Assembly (NCBI GenBank): GCA_048213135.1
Contig: PS015023.1
Location: 30,869 to 88,021, forward strand
Length of the DNA: 57,153 bases
Source: Reclinomonas americana ATCC 50394
Taxonomy: Eukaryota
Direction of reading: 5' to 3'
Positions 11,312 through 23,256 of this stretch are shown piece after piece; within the stretch, counting starts at the first letter, position 1, and each line of letters opens with the position of its first letter. The position numbers and the translations under genes are program-made. The notes beneath the pieces are model-generated. The model did no database searches and had not been told where the DNA came from. It was given only the letters and a program-made list of their open reading frames with translations.

Positions 11312-12234
11312 TCTCTCTCTCTCTCTCTCAAAGAGACGCACGTGGAATGTCCATGAACTCCTCTTTTGAGATGTTGCCGTTGCCTTTAGAGAGACACAGA
11401 CAGAATGAGACTATACAGACTGCTGCAAATGAGAAATGGCACAAGCAAGAAAGGTGAGAACCATCCTTGTCAAGCTTCTGGAAGCGCTTGTACCTGAGAA
11501 CGCAAAACGTGTGAGTGAGTCAGTGAGAGAGACAGAGATTGTGAGAAAAGATCTGATATTTACGCAACAATCGCTTGACCTGAGGGCGATAAACGGAAAT
11601 GAGATTGATGTGAGTGATGAGTGAGCGTAAGAGGGAGAGTGAGAGAGAGAGAGAGTATGAGTGTGTGCGAGAGAGAGAGAGTGCGTGTCTGTGTGAGTGT
11701 AAGTGAGACTGTGTGAGCGATCATGTAAGATGAAATCATATGCTTGTTGTTGTCAACACAGTGCATGAATCTTGCGTGTGAGTGCTTTTGTGTGTCAGAG
11801 AGAGCGAGAGAGAGAGTGTGTGTGTGAGTGCGTGTCAGAGAGTTTGTGCGATCTTGTGCTGTCATGTGAATGTGTGATGACCTCACGCGCTTGCTGTTGT
11901 CAACAAAGAGCATGCGTGTGTGTGCTTGTGTGTGTGCCTCTGTGCGCCTGTGTGTGTGTGAGAGAGCGTGATGTCCCGTTGCACTCTCACTCACACGCAC
12001 GTGCACGCACACACTTGCGCGCGGCTGTTTGCGGTGACAAGCAGTGTGTACGCATACGCACCTCCTTGTGTGAAAAGTTGGTGGAGCGTTGAAGCTCCTC
12101 AATCTTCACAACGCACACGCACATAAACATAAACTATTATGAGCATCTCCAAAGAGCGACAGTTTGCTCTCAGACTCGTTGTGTGTGTGTGTGCGCACCT
12201 CCTCCAGCTTCAGTGACGTGTTGTTGGCACCCAT
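9620..12234 (-). CDS. CNB1: Calcineurin regulatory subunit B (4 EF-hands, N-myristoylation-type start), 10 exons
   Basis: Spliced: [50 protein letters not shown]...[24 protein letters not shown]...[63 protein letters not shown]...KMTVEF*. Confidence 0.96.
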
Positions 12235-13239
12235 GGCTGCTGATTGTGTTGTTGCGCGGACGGAGTTGCCGTTGTGGGACGTGTGTGGGACTTGATTGGC
12301 CGCCGTGCTCGAATCGTTGTCTGCGTACATAAAAAGCGCACGCTCGTTGGTTGCAGTTCTCGAGGGTATCGCAGAGAGCTCCGGTGGATCCGGAGGCGTT
12401 CACTGAAGTGTGCTTGCATGTCCGGATTGAGCCGAATGCGGAAGCGATATCGACTGCTAGCGCTCGCAAGGTCGGCTCACATGCGGATGCATTCAAGCGC
12501 ACAAATTTGCATGTGCATCATCTTGAGGCTGGGCTTTTGTGGCTCCAGAAACGAATTTGAAATCGGCGATCGATCCACAGAGCTCGGAAAAGGTCGATCG
12601 ATCTTGGTCGGTCGCCGAAGGTGCCGTCGGTCGCAAAATCGAGTGCACTCGCAATCGGTGCCTGCTGACGATCCCTTTCTGCAGCAGCCACAACAACAAC
12701 TCCAGGGTGCATGCTCGCCTCATTCCCATAGTCGCGGCATTGAGTTCAACGAATTCGAATTCTGCCTCGATCGCGAAATAGTACTTATCGCAAAGAGCGA
12801 TCGTTTCCGCGCCTGTCAATGCAGGGGGCCCTGCCTTCTTTACAACTGAATCCTTCAGCAACGCTGCGTCTATGCGCGGTTGCAATCGAGTATCGATATC
12901 GAGTATCGATATCGTGACGTCGATCGATCGCGCGCGCGACGTCGACAGGTCGATCGCGAATTCGAATCCCCTTCGCAAGTCGATTCTCAGCCAATACAAC
13001 CTCCAAAGGCATCCACGCTTGACCCTCCAGCCACTCGATCCTGCCCTTTCCCGCACACACCCTTGAACACAAACACGAAAAACCAATCGACCGAAATTCT
13101 TGGCGGGAAATCGACGTCGATGCTCACTCACTCACTCGTCGTCGCTCGCGCCTTTCTCGCCTCGCCCTCACGCTCCCTGCTTCTCCTCCCACCCCGTCTC
13201 TCCCTCGCCCATCGCCACCGATCGGCACTGCTGTCACTC

Positions 13240-14038
13240 ATGAGTGGCGGCGGCGAAGAAAACCATCAACACCACCACCTCACAGTGTCATCGCTGGCCA
13301 GTGGCTCCTCCTCGTCCTCCAACCCCTCATCACCAACTGCTTCCCCAGGCGGCAGCTCATGTTGCGTGCACGTACACACACGCAACAAAGTGAGGCTGTG
13401 TGTTCGTAAATAGGTACACTGTCTTCTTCTTCTTCTTCGTCGCTCACTCTCATCTACACAACAGCAGCGAGTGAAGTCGAGGGCGATCCTCTTGTCCAGT
13501 TCATCGTCATGCGAAGAGATCTCGAAAAGGTGATTGAGGAACCATCACATCATCATCGCTCTCTCTTTCTGACATCTTTTGCCTCACAGGAGATGCACTG
13601 GCCAACGGGCGCACTCATCTCACAAGCGTGTCACGGTGAGGTGTCCCTTCCATTCTCACTCTCACTCACTCACTCTCCCACTCTGCGCTCACCAATGGAA
13701 CAGCCTGCGTGTCGATCATATGGACGACGGCGACCGATGAGCAAACGGCGCACTACGTTCACGATCGTATGCACAAGGTGGTGAAGGAGGTCAAGGACGA
13801 GAAGGCTCTGCTGGAGTGCTCCAGACACTTGGAGACATCGGGTGTTGTTCACAAGTTGTGGGTGCGTCTAGATGTCTCCAGCCGCAGCACTCTTTCTCTC
13901 TTTCTCTCTCTCCTGCTCAAGCCTGCGCGCTGCGTGCAGATTGAGATGCCGGAGAACATTCCCACGTGTATCGCCACCAAACCCTACCCGCATAGCTTCC
14001 TTTTCCCGCTCTTCAAGAAGCTGCGTCTTTACAAGTAA
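13240..14038 (+). CDS. PTRHD1: Putative peptidyl-tRNA hydrolase, PTH2 superfamily, PTRHD1 type, 5 exons
   Basis: [63 protein letters not shown]. Confidence 0.9.
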
Positions 14039-14249
14039 ACCTCACCAGTGTACATACACGCGCCACGATTGGCTTTGCCTCCTGATAGAGAAGATGACTG
14101 TTGGAGAGGAGTAATTGTGAGTTCTGTATTCTGTTGATGATAGGCGGATGTGTTTCAATTGTTTTTTGCTATTCTTCCTCCATCACTATACCGACGAACG
14201 TCTATGAATATGGCGGTCGCCCTCCGCCTGTACTGCGTTTTCATGTACG

Positions 14250-16293
14250 TTACAACAAGTGTCTGTCGACGGTGCACTCGTTGACGACCAGGCGCCAGTC
14301 TCTCCACTCGGCACTGGGGTGCTCGCCGGAAAAGTGCAGCCAGCCGCGACCCTGCGGTTGGCAGGTGCCGAGCGGGCGCATCTCGTGCAGGCTGCAGTTG
14401 CGGGCCACGTGTGGCGGAGCGACGATCCACACGTGTTCTGGCGGTTCGGGAGCGGGGTCGTCGAAAATGAGCCGTAGCAGTGCTCGTTGTGCCTCGGCGC
14501 ACGAGTGCACCTCCATGAGCCACTCGACCGGTGCACCGCTGTCGCCCTGCGCCAGCGCGCGCGGCAGCAGGTACGTGCCAATGAGTAGCACGGGTTCGCG
14601 CGGATGCTCTGCCATGGCGCGCGCCACAGGCACCACGCCGGCTTGGTGGATGCCGCCCCAGAAGATGAGCAGGCCGGCGTTGAAAATCAGCCACACGACC
14701 ACCAGCCAGCGCGAGGGTGGCGCGTGCGGACAGGCCACCACCACCACCGGCGCCAGCAGCGGCAGCAGGAAGCGTGGCTCTTGATGTGGCGCCACAGACA
14801 GCAGCAGCATACCGCACACCACAATCTGCGCAGAGAGGCGTACGGCGTCGAGGGGCGAGGTGAGTGCACGCCACAGGCGCCAGTATAGCACAATCGCCAA
14901 GGGACCTGCACAGAAGGAGAGAGAGAGAAGGAGAGTGAGCGACTGGGAAGCTGGCGGCAGCACGCGTTGCTCGAGACCGTAGAGCATGGGCATGTTGACG
15001 AGGGCGTGTAAGAAGCGCGGATTGAGTCCGTGCCGTGCCAAGTTGGCCGGGTCCAAGTTGTACAGCAGATTGTTGAGTGGAGTGAGCACCAGGCGGAATC
15101 CCATCGAGGTGCGGAAGAACCACGAGTCGATCGCCACAATGCTCAACGCCGTCCACGCAGCCGCCAGCAGCCATGGCACAATGGCGAATCCTGCACCGCA
15201 AGGCGTCACGAAAATAAAATTGACCGAGGCGCAGAGAAGGGCCAACCCCAACCTGTGTAACGTGCTCGTCGCACCAAGTGCACCAGGAGTGGCAGCGCAA
15301 AGAACACAAACGAGAAACGCGTGAACACGGCAAACGAGAAGAGAGCGCCCAGCGCCACACTGCTGGTCACACTCTGCGTCACACCAATGAGACCACCGAA
15401 GAAAACGACACACAATCGCTCTCTTTTCTCTCTCACCTGCTTCGACGCGAGTGCCGCGCGCAGCAAGAGACACAAGCAGAGCGTCTCAATGCCGTTGGAG
15501 AACGAGCGCGTGAGCAGCGTCAGCGTCGCCCACGACGAGGCCACCAGCAGCGCGGCCCACGGTCGCTGCGCCGGCGTGCACAATCGACGCACAGTGTCGT
15601 CTGTGCCCACCAACAACACGTGAGCAACGTCACAGATACACACAACCACACCGCGGCAGCGCACCGACAACAAACGAGGAGAGCAGGAAGAGCAGGCGAG
15701 AGGCCACCAGCACCGCAGTTGTCGTGTTCACTCGAATGGAAATGAGCAGCATGATCGCAAAAAGAGAGCGAAACAACCAGTCGCTTACCCGACACGCCAG
15801 TGACAGCCTGCACAAGTGGATCCACGAATTCCTGCAGCACATACAACGGAACACCCGCAAAGATCGCTCTGCGCACGCACGAATGTTCCGATCAGAAGGG
15901 GGGAAAAAAGGAATCGCGCTTTTTTTCTCTTTCTCTGTTGGTTATCATCGACAACTCAACGGTGGAACAATCGATCGCGCGGGCGTGTGTCTCGCCTGGA
16001 ACTCCCACGCCACAAAGCGACGTCGACCAGTCGATTGTGGCGCGACAATCTCCACGCTTTGCATGAACTCATCGGCGTGAACGTAGCCCGGTAGCAACAC
16101 GCACGCACTCAACGCACGCACGCACACACAAGTCAGCCAACCAAACACAGAGATCGCTTTCGACGTCGCCACGGCGGCGCGCTCACCAGCGAAGAGCGTA
16201 CAGCGCAACGAGAATCACACGCGCGACGTTGCTTCTCCTGTGCGATGGTGAAGGCAAAGCAGCGCCGTTGCCGTTGACAGCAGCGTGTTTCAT
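14250..16293 (-). CDS. PIGZ: GPI mannosyltransferase 4 (GT22, PIGZ/SMP3 type)
   Basis: PGYVHADEFMQSVE, AWEF, TRSFSNGIET, TPLNNLLYNLDPANLARHGLNPRFLHALVN, PHQEPRFLLP and HQAGVVP. Confidence 0.92.
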
Positions 16294-16395
16294 CGCTTGC
16301 GCGGTGAAAAAATCAATGAATGAGCGGACGTCCTCGCTGCGTCCCGCGCAACTGTCCACGCACCCTTTTCCACGCAGTGTGTGTGTGCTCTCATC

Positions 16396-16996
16396 ATGCA
16401 GACACATGAGCTTGCATGGTTGATTGCTGGTGCGCGCTCTCTCTTTCATTCTCTCTGTCTTTGTGTGTGCAATGAATGCATTGACCCCTTACTGTGTCAT
16501 GACTCTCTCACAGGCATCTTTGCGTTTTCCGCCTTGTGCATCTCTCTGTATGAGATTGTGTTGCACTTTCGAGTGAGTGATTGTGTTGACTTTTTGTGAT
16601 TGATTGCGTTGTTGCTTTGTCATTGATTTCATTGTGTGTTTTTGTAGCATTATTATCGGCCACATCAGCAGATTTATGTTGTGCGCATTCTGTTGTTGGT
16701 GCCTGTGTATGCTGGTGAGTGGGAGGTGAGAGGGAGAGAGAGAGAGAGAGGAGGGGAGGGGAGGAGAGTAGGAAGGGGAGGGAGGGAGGGAGGGAGGGGG
16801 AATAGAGAAGGAACTGACAGTTTGTCTCTCCTTGTCTGTCTGTCTGTTTCTCCTTCTCTCGTAATTGTGGGGAGCCAGACTGTGTGTGTGTGAGAGAGAG
16901 AGAGGCTGAGCAGCCGCCGAACAGCCGAGTCCCTTCATGAAGTCTTCTCTCAGAGGCCTGCAGCGACTGTCTTGCAACGCAACATTGTTGCTCTGT

Positions 16997-17056
<60 letters not shown>

Positions 17057-19490
17057 CTATTTATCTTTTCTTTCGCTTGCTCTCTTTCTGTCTCTCTGTC
17101 TGTTTCTCCTTCTCTCGTGGATGTGCACACCCAGGAAAGGTTCGGTAGCCCGTTGTGAAGTCTCCTCACTGAAGGTAGCAGCGACTGTTTTGTCTACATC
17201 CTGCTCGCAACACTGTCACTCTGTCTCTCTCCCTCCTGAACGCGTACAGAGCAGAGCAACTGAGTCTGTTCGTGAAGGCTGTCCCTCTTTATCTTGCTTT
17301 CTCTCATCCAGACAGGGTGAGGTTGAGCAGCCACAGAGCAGTTGAGCTCCGTCAGTCTCTTTCTCTCTCTCAATCTCTCTGCCTCCTGAACGCGTACAGA
17401 GCAGAGCAACTGAGTCTGTTCGTGCAGGCTCCTCACTTGAAGATGGTTCGCAATAGCGTTGCTCTGATTTCGTCTCTCTTTCTCTAGCTGTCTCTCATCC
17501 AGACAGGGTGAGGTTGAGCAGTTGTAGAGCAGTTATGCCCCGTCAGTCTCTCCCTCTCCCTCTCTCAATCTCTTCTTCAAATCTATACGTCCTTCCCTGC
17601 AATCTCGCTTTGTGTTTTGTCGCCGTGGACTCCTCCGACATTTTTTCTATATTGCCCCCGTGCCATTGCTCTGTATTCTGTTGATGTGAACTCGTTGCGG
17701 TATTGAGAGGCTTCCAGTCACTGGGAGAGAGAGATCGCTGTACCTGTACTCATTGAAGACAGCTTGATGGTTGTTTGTTGGTGAACGAATTGCTGTTGTT
17801 GTTGAGTTTTCTCCGCAGCGGCGATTTTCTCCCTACCTATCTCTCTTCGCGATCTGCCCCCTCTCCCCCTGTGCTCTCCTCACCGCCTCCCCCTTCTGCC
17901 TCACCCACAGTCGACTCATGGTTCGGCGCACGATTCATCGACGCCTCCGTGTACCTGGATCTCATCCGCGATGCAGTTCCGCTTTACCCCCCTCTTCTCC
18001 TCCATCTCTCCGTTTCACCCCCACTAATTGCGCCGACTAATTGCAGTACGAGAGCTTCGTGCTGTGGTCCTTCATGCAATTGTGCATCAGCCTCGTCGGC
18101 GGTGAGCGCAAGCTCATCCGGATATTACTGAAGAAGGAACCCATTCGCTACGTGTTCCCGTTTTGCTGCTGGCGAACCAAGCTGGATGTGTTGCGTGCAC
18201 CGCCACTTCTCACGCTTCATCCTGTATTCTCACTGCGCGACTGTGCAGGCAATGGTTCACGCGAACTAAGGTACTGTCGTCGTCCACGTCACTCGCAAAT
18301 CATTATCACTAAACCTTCTCCTCAATGCACAGCGATGGGTCCTGCAGTTCATGCTCGTCAAGCCGGCCTGTGTTTCGTGCTCCTCTTCCTCTCTGTGTGC
18401 CTCCCCGACGTGTCCTCTCTCTCTCACCCGATGAGTGCATCAGGCCGTGCTGGCGTGCATTTTGCAAGTGTTTGGCGTGTACGGCGACGGCAACTTTACC
18501 ATGACCAACGGCTACACGTACATTACCATCATTGACAACACCAGCATTACGGTTGGTGGTGGTGGCGAGAGAGAGACACAACAAGACGAAAGAGAGGGAA
18601 GAGAGAGAGAGAAAGAAAGACAGAAAGAAAGAAAAGAGAAGAAAGAAANNNNNNNNNNNNNNNNNNNNNNNNNNNNNNNNNNNNNNNNNNNNNNNNNNNN
18701 NNNNNNNNNNNNNNNNNNNNNNNNNNNNNNNNNNNNNNNNNNNNNNNNNNNNNNNNNNNNNNNNNNNNNNNNNNNNNNNNNNNNNNNNNNNNNNNNNNNN
18801 NNNNNNNNNNNNNNNNNNNNNNNNNNNNNNNNNNNNNNNNNNNNNNNNNNNNNNNNNNNNNNNNNNNNNNNNNNNNNNNNNNNNNNNNNNNNNNNNNNNN
18901 NNNNNNNNNNNNNNNNNNNNNNNNNNNNNNNNNNNNNNNNNNNNNNNNNNNNNNNNNNNNNNNNNNNNNNNNNNNNNNNNNNNNNNNNNNNNNNNNNNNN
19001 NNNNNNNNNNNNNNNNNNNNNNNNNNNNNNNNNNNNNNNNNNNNNNNNNNNNNNNNNNNNNNNNNNNNNNNNNNNNNNNNNNNNNNNNNNNNNNNNNNNN
19101 NNNNNNNNNNNNNNNNNNNNNNNNNNNNNNNNNNNNNNNNNNNNNNNNNNNNNNNNNNNNNNNNNNNNNNNNNNNNNNNNNNNNNNNNNNNNNNNNNNNN
19201 NNNNNNNNNNNNNNNNNNNNNNNNNNNNNNNNNNNNNNNNNNNNNNNNNNNNNNNNNNNNNNNNNNNNNNNNNNNNNNNNNNNNNNNNNNNNNNNNNNNN
19301 NNNNNNNNNNNNNNNNNNNNNNNNNNNNNNNNNNNNNNNNNNNNNNNNNNNNNNNNGAGAGAGAGAGAGAGAGAGACAGAGAAGACTGGAGGGAGAACAA
19401 CACGGAAGAGATTTGAAGAGGTTCGAGAACAGTCAGAGCGCCCTTGACTCTTGACCAGGGGTGAATCATGTTAACCAACCTCGACCATCC

Positions 19491-19521
<31 letters not shown>

Positions 19522-20915
19522 ATGAGACGACTTGAAGGAGAACAACACGGAAGAGATTTGAAGAGATTCGAGAACAGTCAGAGCGCCCTTGACTCTTGAC
19601 CAGGAGTGAATCATGTCGACAATCTCGACCATCCAGAGAAAGAGAGAGACAGAGACAGAGCCAGAGACAGAGTGAGAATGAGATGACTGGAGGGAGACCA
19701 ACGCGGGAGAGATTTGCAGACATTTGAGAATAATCAGCAGAGCGCTCTTGACTCTTGACCGTGGGTGCATCAGAGATATGCAGACATTGGTGAATCATGA
19801 GTGCCAACCTCCCTCCCCCCTCGGCCCCTCCCCCTCGTCCCCTCCCCCTTCCCCCTTCTCCGACCGTGCAGATCTCGATGTACTACCTGATCATGTTCTA
19901 CGAAGCCGTCAAGGACATCAAGTCACTCCGCCGATTCCGCCCGCTGCTCATGTTCATCTGCATCAAGGTGAGAGCGATCTCGTGGAGTGTGTGCGCGCCG
20001 AGGCCCATACTGATGCAAATTTACGCAGATTGTCATTTTCTTCTCATTCTGGTGCGTTCTCGATATCTTCTTATCACCGAAAGAGTGCCCACTCATCAGC
20101 ATTGTGTGAACAGGCAAGGAGTGCTGGTGAGTCTGCTCGTCAAGTGGGGCGCCTTGCAAGACGTGGGCACGTGGACGACCGATCACATTGCCGCCGGTCT
20201 CCTCAACTTTTGTGTGTGCCTCGAGGTGCGGTGCAACAGTTCACTGGCGCGGTTGTGCTTTCTCTCAATCAACAGTGCGCAGGCCTATGTGATTTCGGTC
20301 TCCCACATTTACGCCTTCTCGCACCTGCCATTCCGACGCATGGCCGAGGCCCGCAACGAGACGCGCCCCGTCATGCAACTCGGTTGCGTCTCTCACTCTC
20401 CCCCACACTTGCTGCTCTTCGTCGCCTTACACGCTGTCGCCAGGCAAAATGGTCAAGGAGGTGCTGCGCACCAACGACATTATCGACGACGTGCGCATGA
20501 CCTACAGCAGTCGCGCAAAAGACGTGTGGAGCAGCGATGGATACCAGCAGGTACGCCGTGCCTGCACGCAAGCGCATCACAAGTGCACTGTTTGCAGCCT
20601 CTCATCCCCTCGCAACCCCAGGGCGACGACGAGGCCGCAGTCGGCGGCACCGGTGGCAGCTCGCCAGGCTCGGCCTCGGGTCGAGTTACGCCACCCTCAC
20701 ACCTTCTCTTTCCCCCACCCCCATCCTTACCCTCGGCATTGCAGCGCAAGAAGCGACGGCCATCCTCCGCTACCGGCTCGCAAGCCGGCGACAGCGATGC
20801 CGGCGACGGCCTCGAAGCTGTCGACTCGGGCGATCTGAGTCCAATCTCCAGTGTCGGCGGGTCCGGAGCTCCCCACGTAGCCTCCTCGGCACCCGAATTG
20901 AGTTCACCCGTGTAA
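16396..20915 (+). CDS. TMEM184: TMEM184/OST-alpha family membrane protein, copy B (spans a gap)
   Basis: HYYRPHQQIYVVRILLLVPVYAVDSW, YLDLIRDAYESFVLWSFMQL, KRWVLQFMLVKP, ISMYYLIMFY, NFCVCLE and HIYAFSHLPF. It shares several intron positions with copy A. Confidence 0.9.
19370..19800. repeat. Intronic tandem repeat, about 3 units of about 150 bp
   Basis: Repeated ggagaacaacacggaagagatttgaagag..tcgagaacagtcagagcgcccttgactcttgaccagg. Confidence 0.85.
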
Positions 20916-21009
20916 ATATAATATATCGAAGTCTGGCCTATTCTCGAGATTGGATGTGCTGTGTACGATCGCTTCGCGTCTATGCAAGTGCATCAAATCC
21001 ACTGTCGGG

Positions 21010-21172
21010 GCTTCAAACAGGTCGAGAACTGCGATCTTCACAGCATACGTGGTACACAAGGAACCTGCTGCTGCCTCAAGACTGGTGTTTGTGTTGATAT
21101 TTTGGATATATATGGTTGTACTTGGTCATCAAGACAGCTGTCGCTTGTTTGGTGAATGAATTATTGTTGTTG
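21010..21172 (+). repeat. Dispersed non-coding repeat (related to 44745-44912, 17745-17806, 2702-2742)
   Basis: Shares gaacctgctgc...tgtgttgat.ttttggat...cttggtcat..agacagctgt..gcttgttt..tggtgaatgaatt with 44808-44912. The block gtcgagaactgcgatcttcac matches 44755-44775 in inverted orientation. Confidence 0.8.
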
Positions 21173-21318
21173 AACAGAAGAAAACATGCCACTAACATCA
21201 AGACTGGTGTGTCTTGGATGATCAAGACATGCTTGGTGAGGTGACAAATCCCGATGAGACAAATATGCTCGCGATATCCAACTTCAATCACACACTCAAA
21301 ACAGACGCAGTGCATCTC

Positions 21319-23169
21319 ATGAGGCGGCCCGCCCACTGGGCACTCACTGTATCAGTGGTCGTGGTGCTGCTGCTGAGTGTTTCCGCGTTGGCATTACGAT
21401 CTTCGGTTTGTGAGAAGAGTTGCACACATAAGCTTCTCTCTCAAGTCTCTCACTCACTCTCGCGCACACAGAGGGAACGACAAGCCGATGACATTGAGCC
21501 TATCGGTACTAAAAAGCGCGCTCATTCTCTTGCTCACTGTGCGCACTCACACTCGCATGCGCGTGACAAAAAACGCAGAGGCCGTGGCTGTCTCACGACC
21601 ACTCTCACCATCCTCCGCAGGTCTTACACACACACACACACACACCGTCCACAATGACAGCTTTCAATCATCTTCACTCACTCACTTTTCTCTCTCTCTC
21701 TCTCCGTTGCCTGTCATTCTCTCCTCTCCCCCCCTCCCTCTCTCTCTCTCCCTCTCTCTCTGTCTCTCTGTTTCTCTCTCTTGTCACCCTCTCCTCTCCC
21801 TCAGCTCGTCGACTTCGTGGTCCTCTGCGGAGTGTCGACGACGATGAGCCAGTGGTGTTGGCCGAGTCGGAGATCGACTGGGGTTCCATGCTGGGATCTC
21901 TCAAGCTCGGCACCGATGACTCGGGGCGCATTCTCGACGACACCATCGATGACACGGATCAGGCCGGCGGTGGCGATCTGCTGGACCCTCCGTCGTGCGG
22001 CGGCAAGGCCGGTGGTGGTGGCATTGGCGGCAGCAGCAGCTTCCTTCGGCCACCGGCACCGACCAAGGACGACATGTTTGAGCAGCGTGAGGAGGTGGAG
22101 AAGTTGCTGAAGGATGCCGAGTCGGTGCTGGGCGGGGGCAAGAAGGGCGGCGCGAAAGGTGCAGGAGGCGACGGCGATGGTGGTGATGATGATGATGAAG
22201 ATGGCGCCGGTAAGGGCGGTGCCGGTGCCGGTGCCGGCAAGGGTGGTGCTGGCAAGGATGGCGACGACGGCGACGGCGAGGACGGGGACGGCAAGGACGG
22301 CGACGGGGATGGTGATGATGGGGAGGGCGGTGGCAAGGGCAGACGCGGAGGCAAGGGTCGCGGCGGTGACGACGAGGACGGTGGCGAGGGGCGCTCGGAG
22401 GAGATGTCCAAGTTGCTGAAGGAGGCCAAGGAGGCGGCGGCGGCCAAGGCCAAGGCGGCGGCGGCGGCCAAGTACAAGGCCAAGCTGAAGAAGCTGCAGA
22501 AGAAGCTCAAGTGCTTCAAGCGTGCACGCAAGCGTCTCAGTGCCAAGAAGCGCTGGCGTCGCTTGCAGGCCATGAGCGATCCGCTGGCCGGCAACTACGA
22601 CCGCATCAGCGACGCTCTCAGTCGTGCCATCAAGCACATGGAGACGAACATCTCCCGCGAGGTCAAGAGCCACCGCTACACCAAGGACGAGCTGCGCGAC
22701 GAGGTCGACAAGGCCTTGCATGCGGCTCTCAAGAGACACGAGGCGGAGGTGGCCAAGTCGGTGAGCAACAACAACAAGAACAAGAAGCAGCAGATCGTGG
22801 CGTTTGTGGATGAGGGTGCCGCGCCCATGCCAGCGGTTCGTGTCACATTCCCCTCCTTGTGCATTTGTATTTCCTGTTCATGCTTACGGTGTTGTCGAGC
22901 AGATGGACCCGAGTCTGACGCCGTGCGCTCGCATGCATGCCCGTTTGTTGGACATGTTCTTCAAGGCGGCGCTTGAGTGCCAAGTGGAGGAGACGCACGA
23001 CGCGACGGCCCCACCGGTGGACACTGCCAGCTGCGAGACGAGGCAGCACATGATGGAGGCACTGCAGGCCAAGTTCGCGGCGCACTGCCCCGAGTACACG
23101 GGTAAGTGTGTGTGGGTGATAAGGGATGGCACTGGTTGCTGACTGTCCTTCCGACCCGCAGACACGTAA
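21319..23169 (+). CDS. Predicted secreted protein with a Gly/Asp-rich acidic tract followed by a Lys/Arg-rich helix
   Basis: Signal-peptide-like exon MRRPAHWALTVSVVVVLLLSVSALALRS splices (GTGAGA..CAG, phase 1) into the long GC-rich ORF at 21804-22835. Further exons start MDPSLTPC and end with D-T-stop at 23169. Confidence 0.65.
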
Positions 23170-23256
23170 GGCTGTTCCATGCGGTGTCGCAGGAGCGTGC
23201 AAGGGAAAGTGGTAAAAATGGAAGAACATATGTTGGATCAGCATTAAGCTTCACTC

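Noticed and set aside
12329-12340. AAAAAGCGC-like motif near gene ends (also 21510, 32310)
   Set aside because: Inconsistent position and orientation, and too short to support a regulatory call.
17960-18046. Possible GC-AG or other non-canonical introns in TMEM184-B
   Set aside because: GT-AG solutions keep the frame and the conserved residues (GAT GCA|GTTCCG...CAG|TAC).
21801-22739. Long antisense ORFs over GC-rich exons (also 14155-15360 alternative frame, 47280-48686 plus strand)
   Set aside because: Shadow frames of real coding sequence with high GC3.
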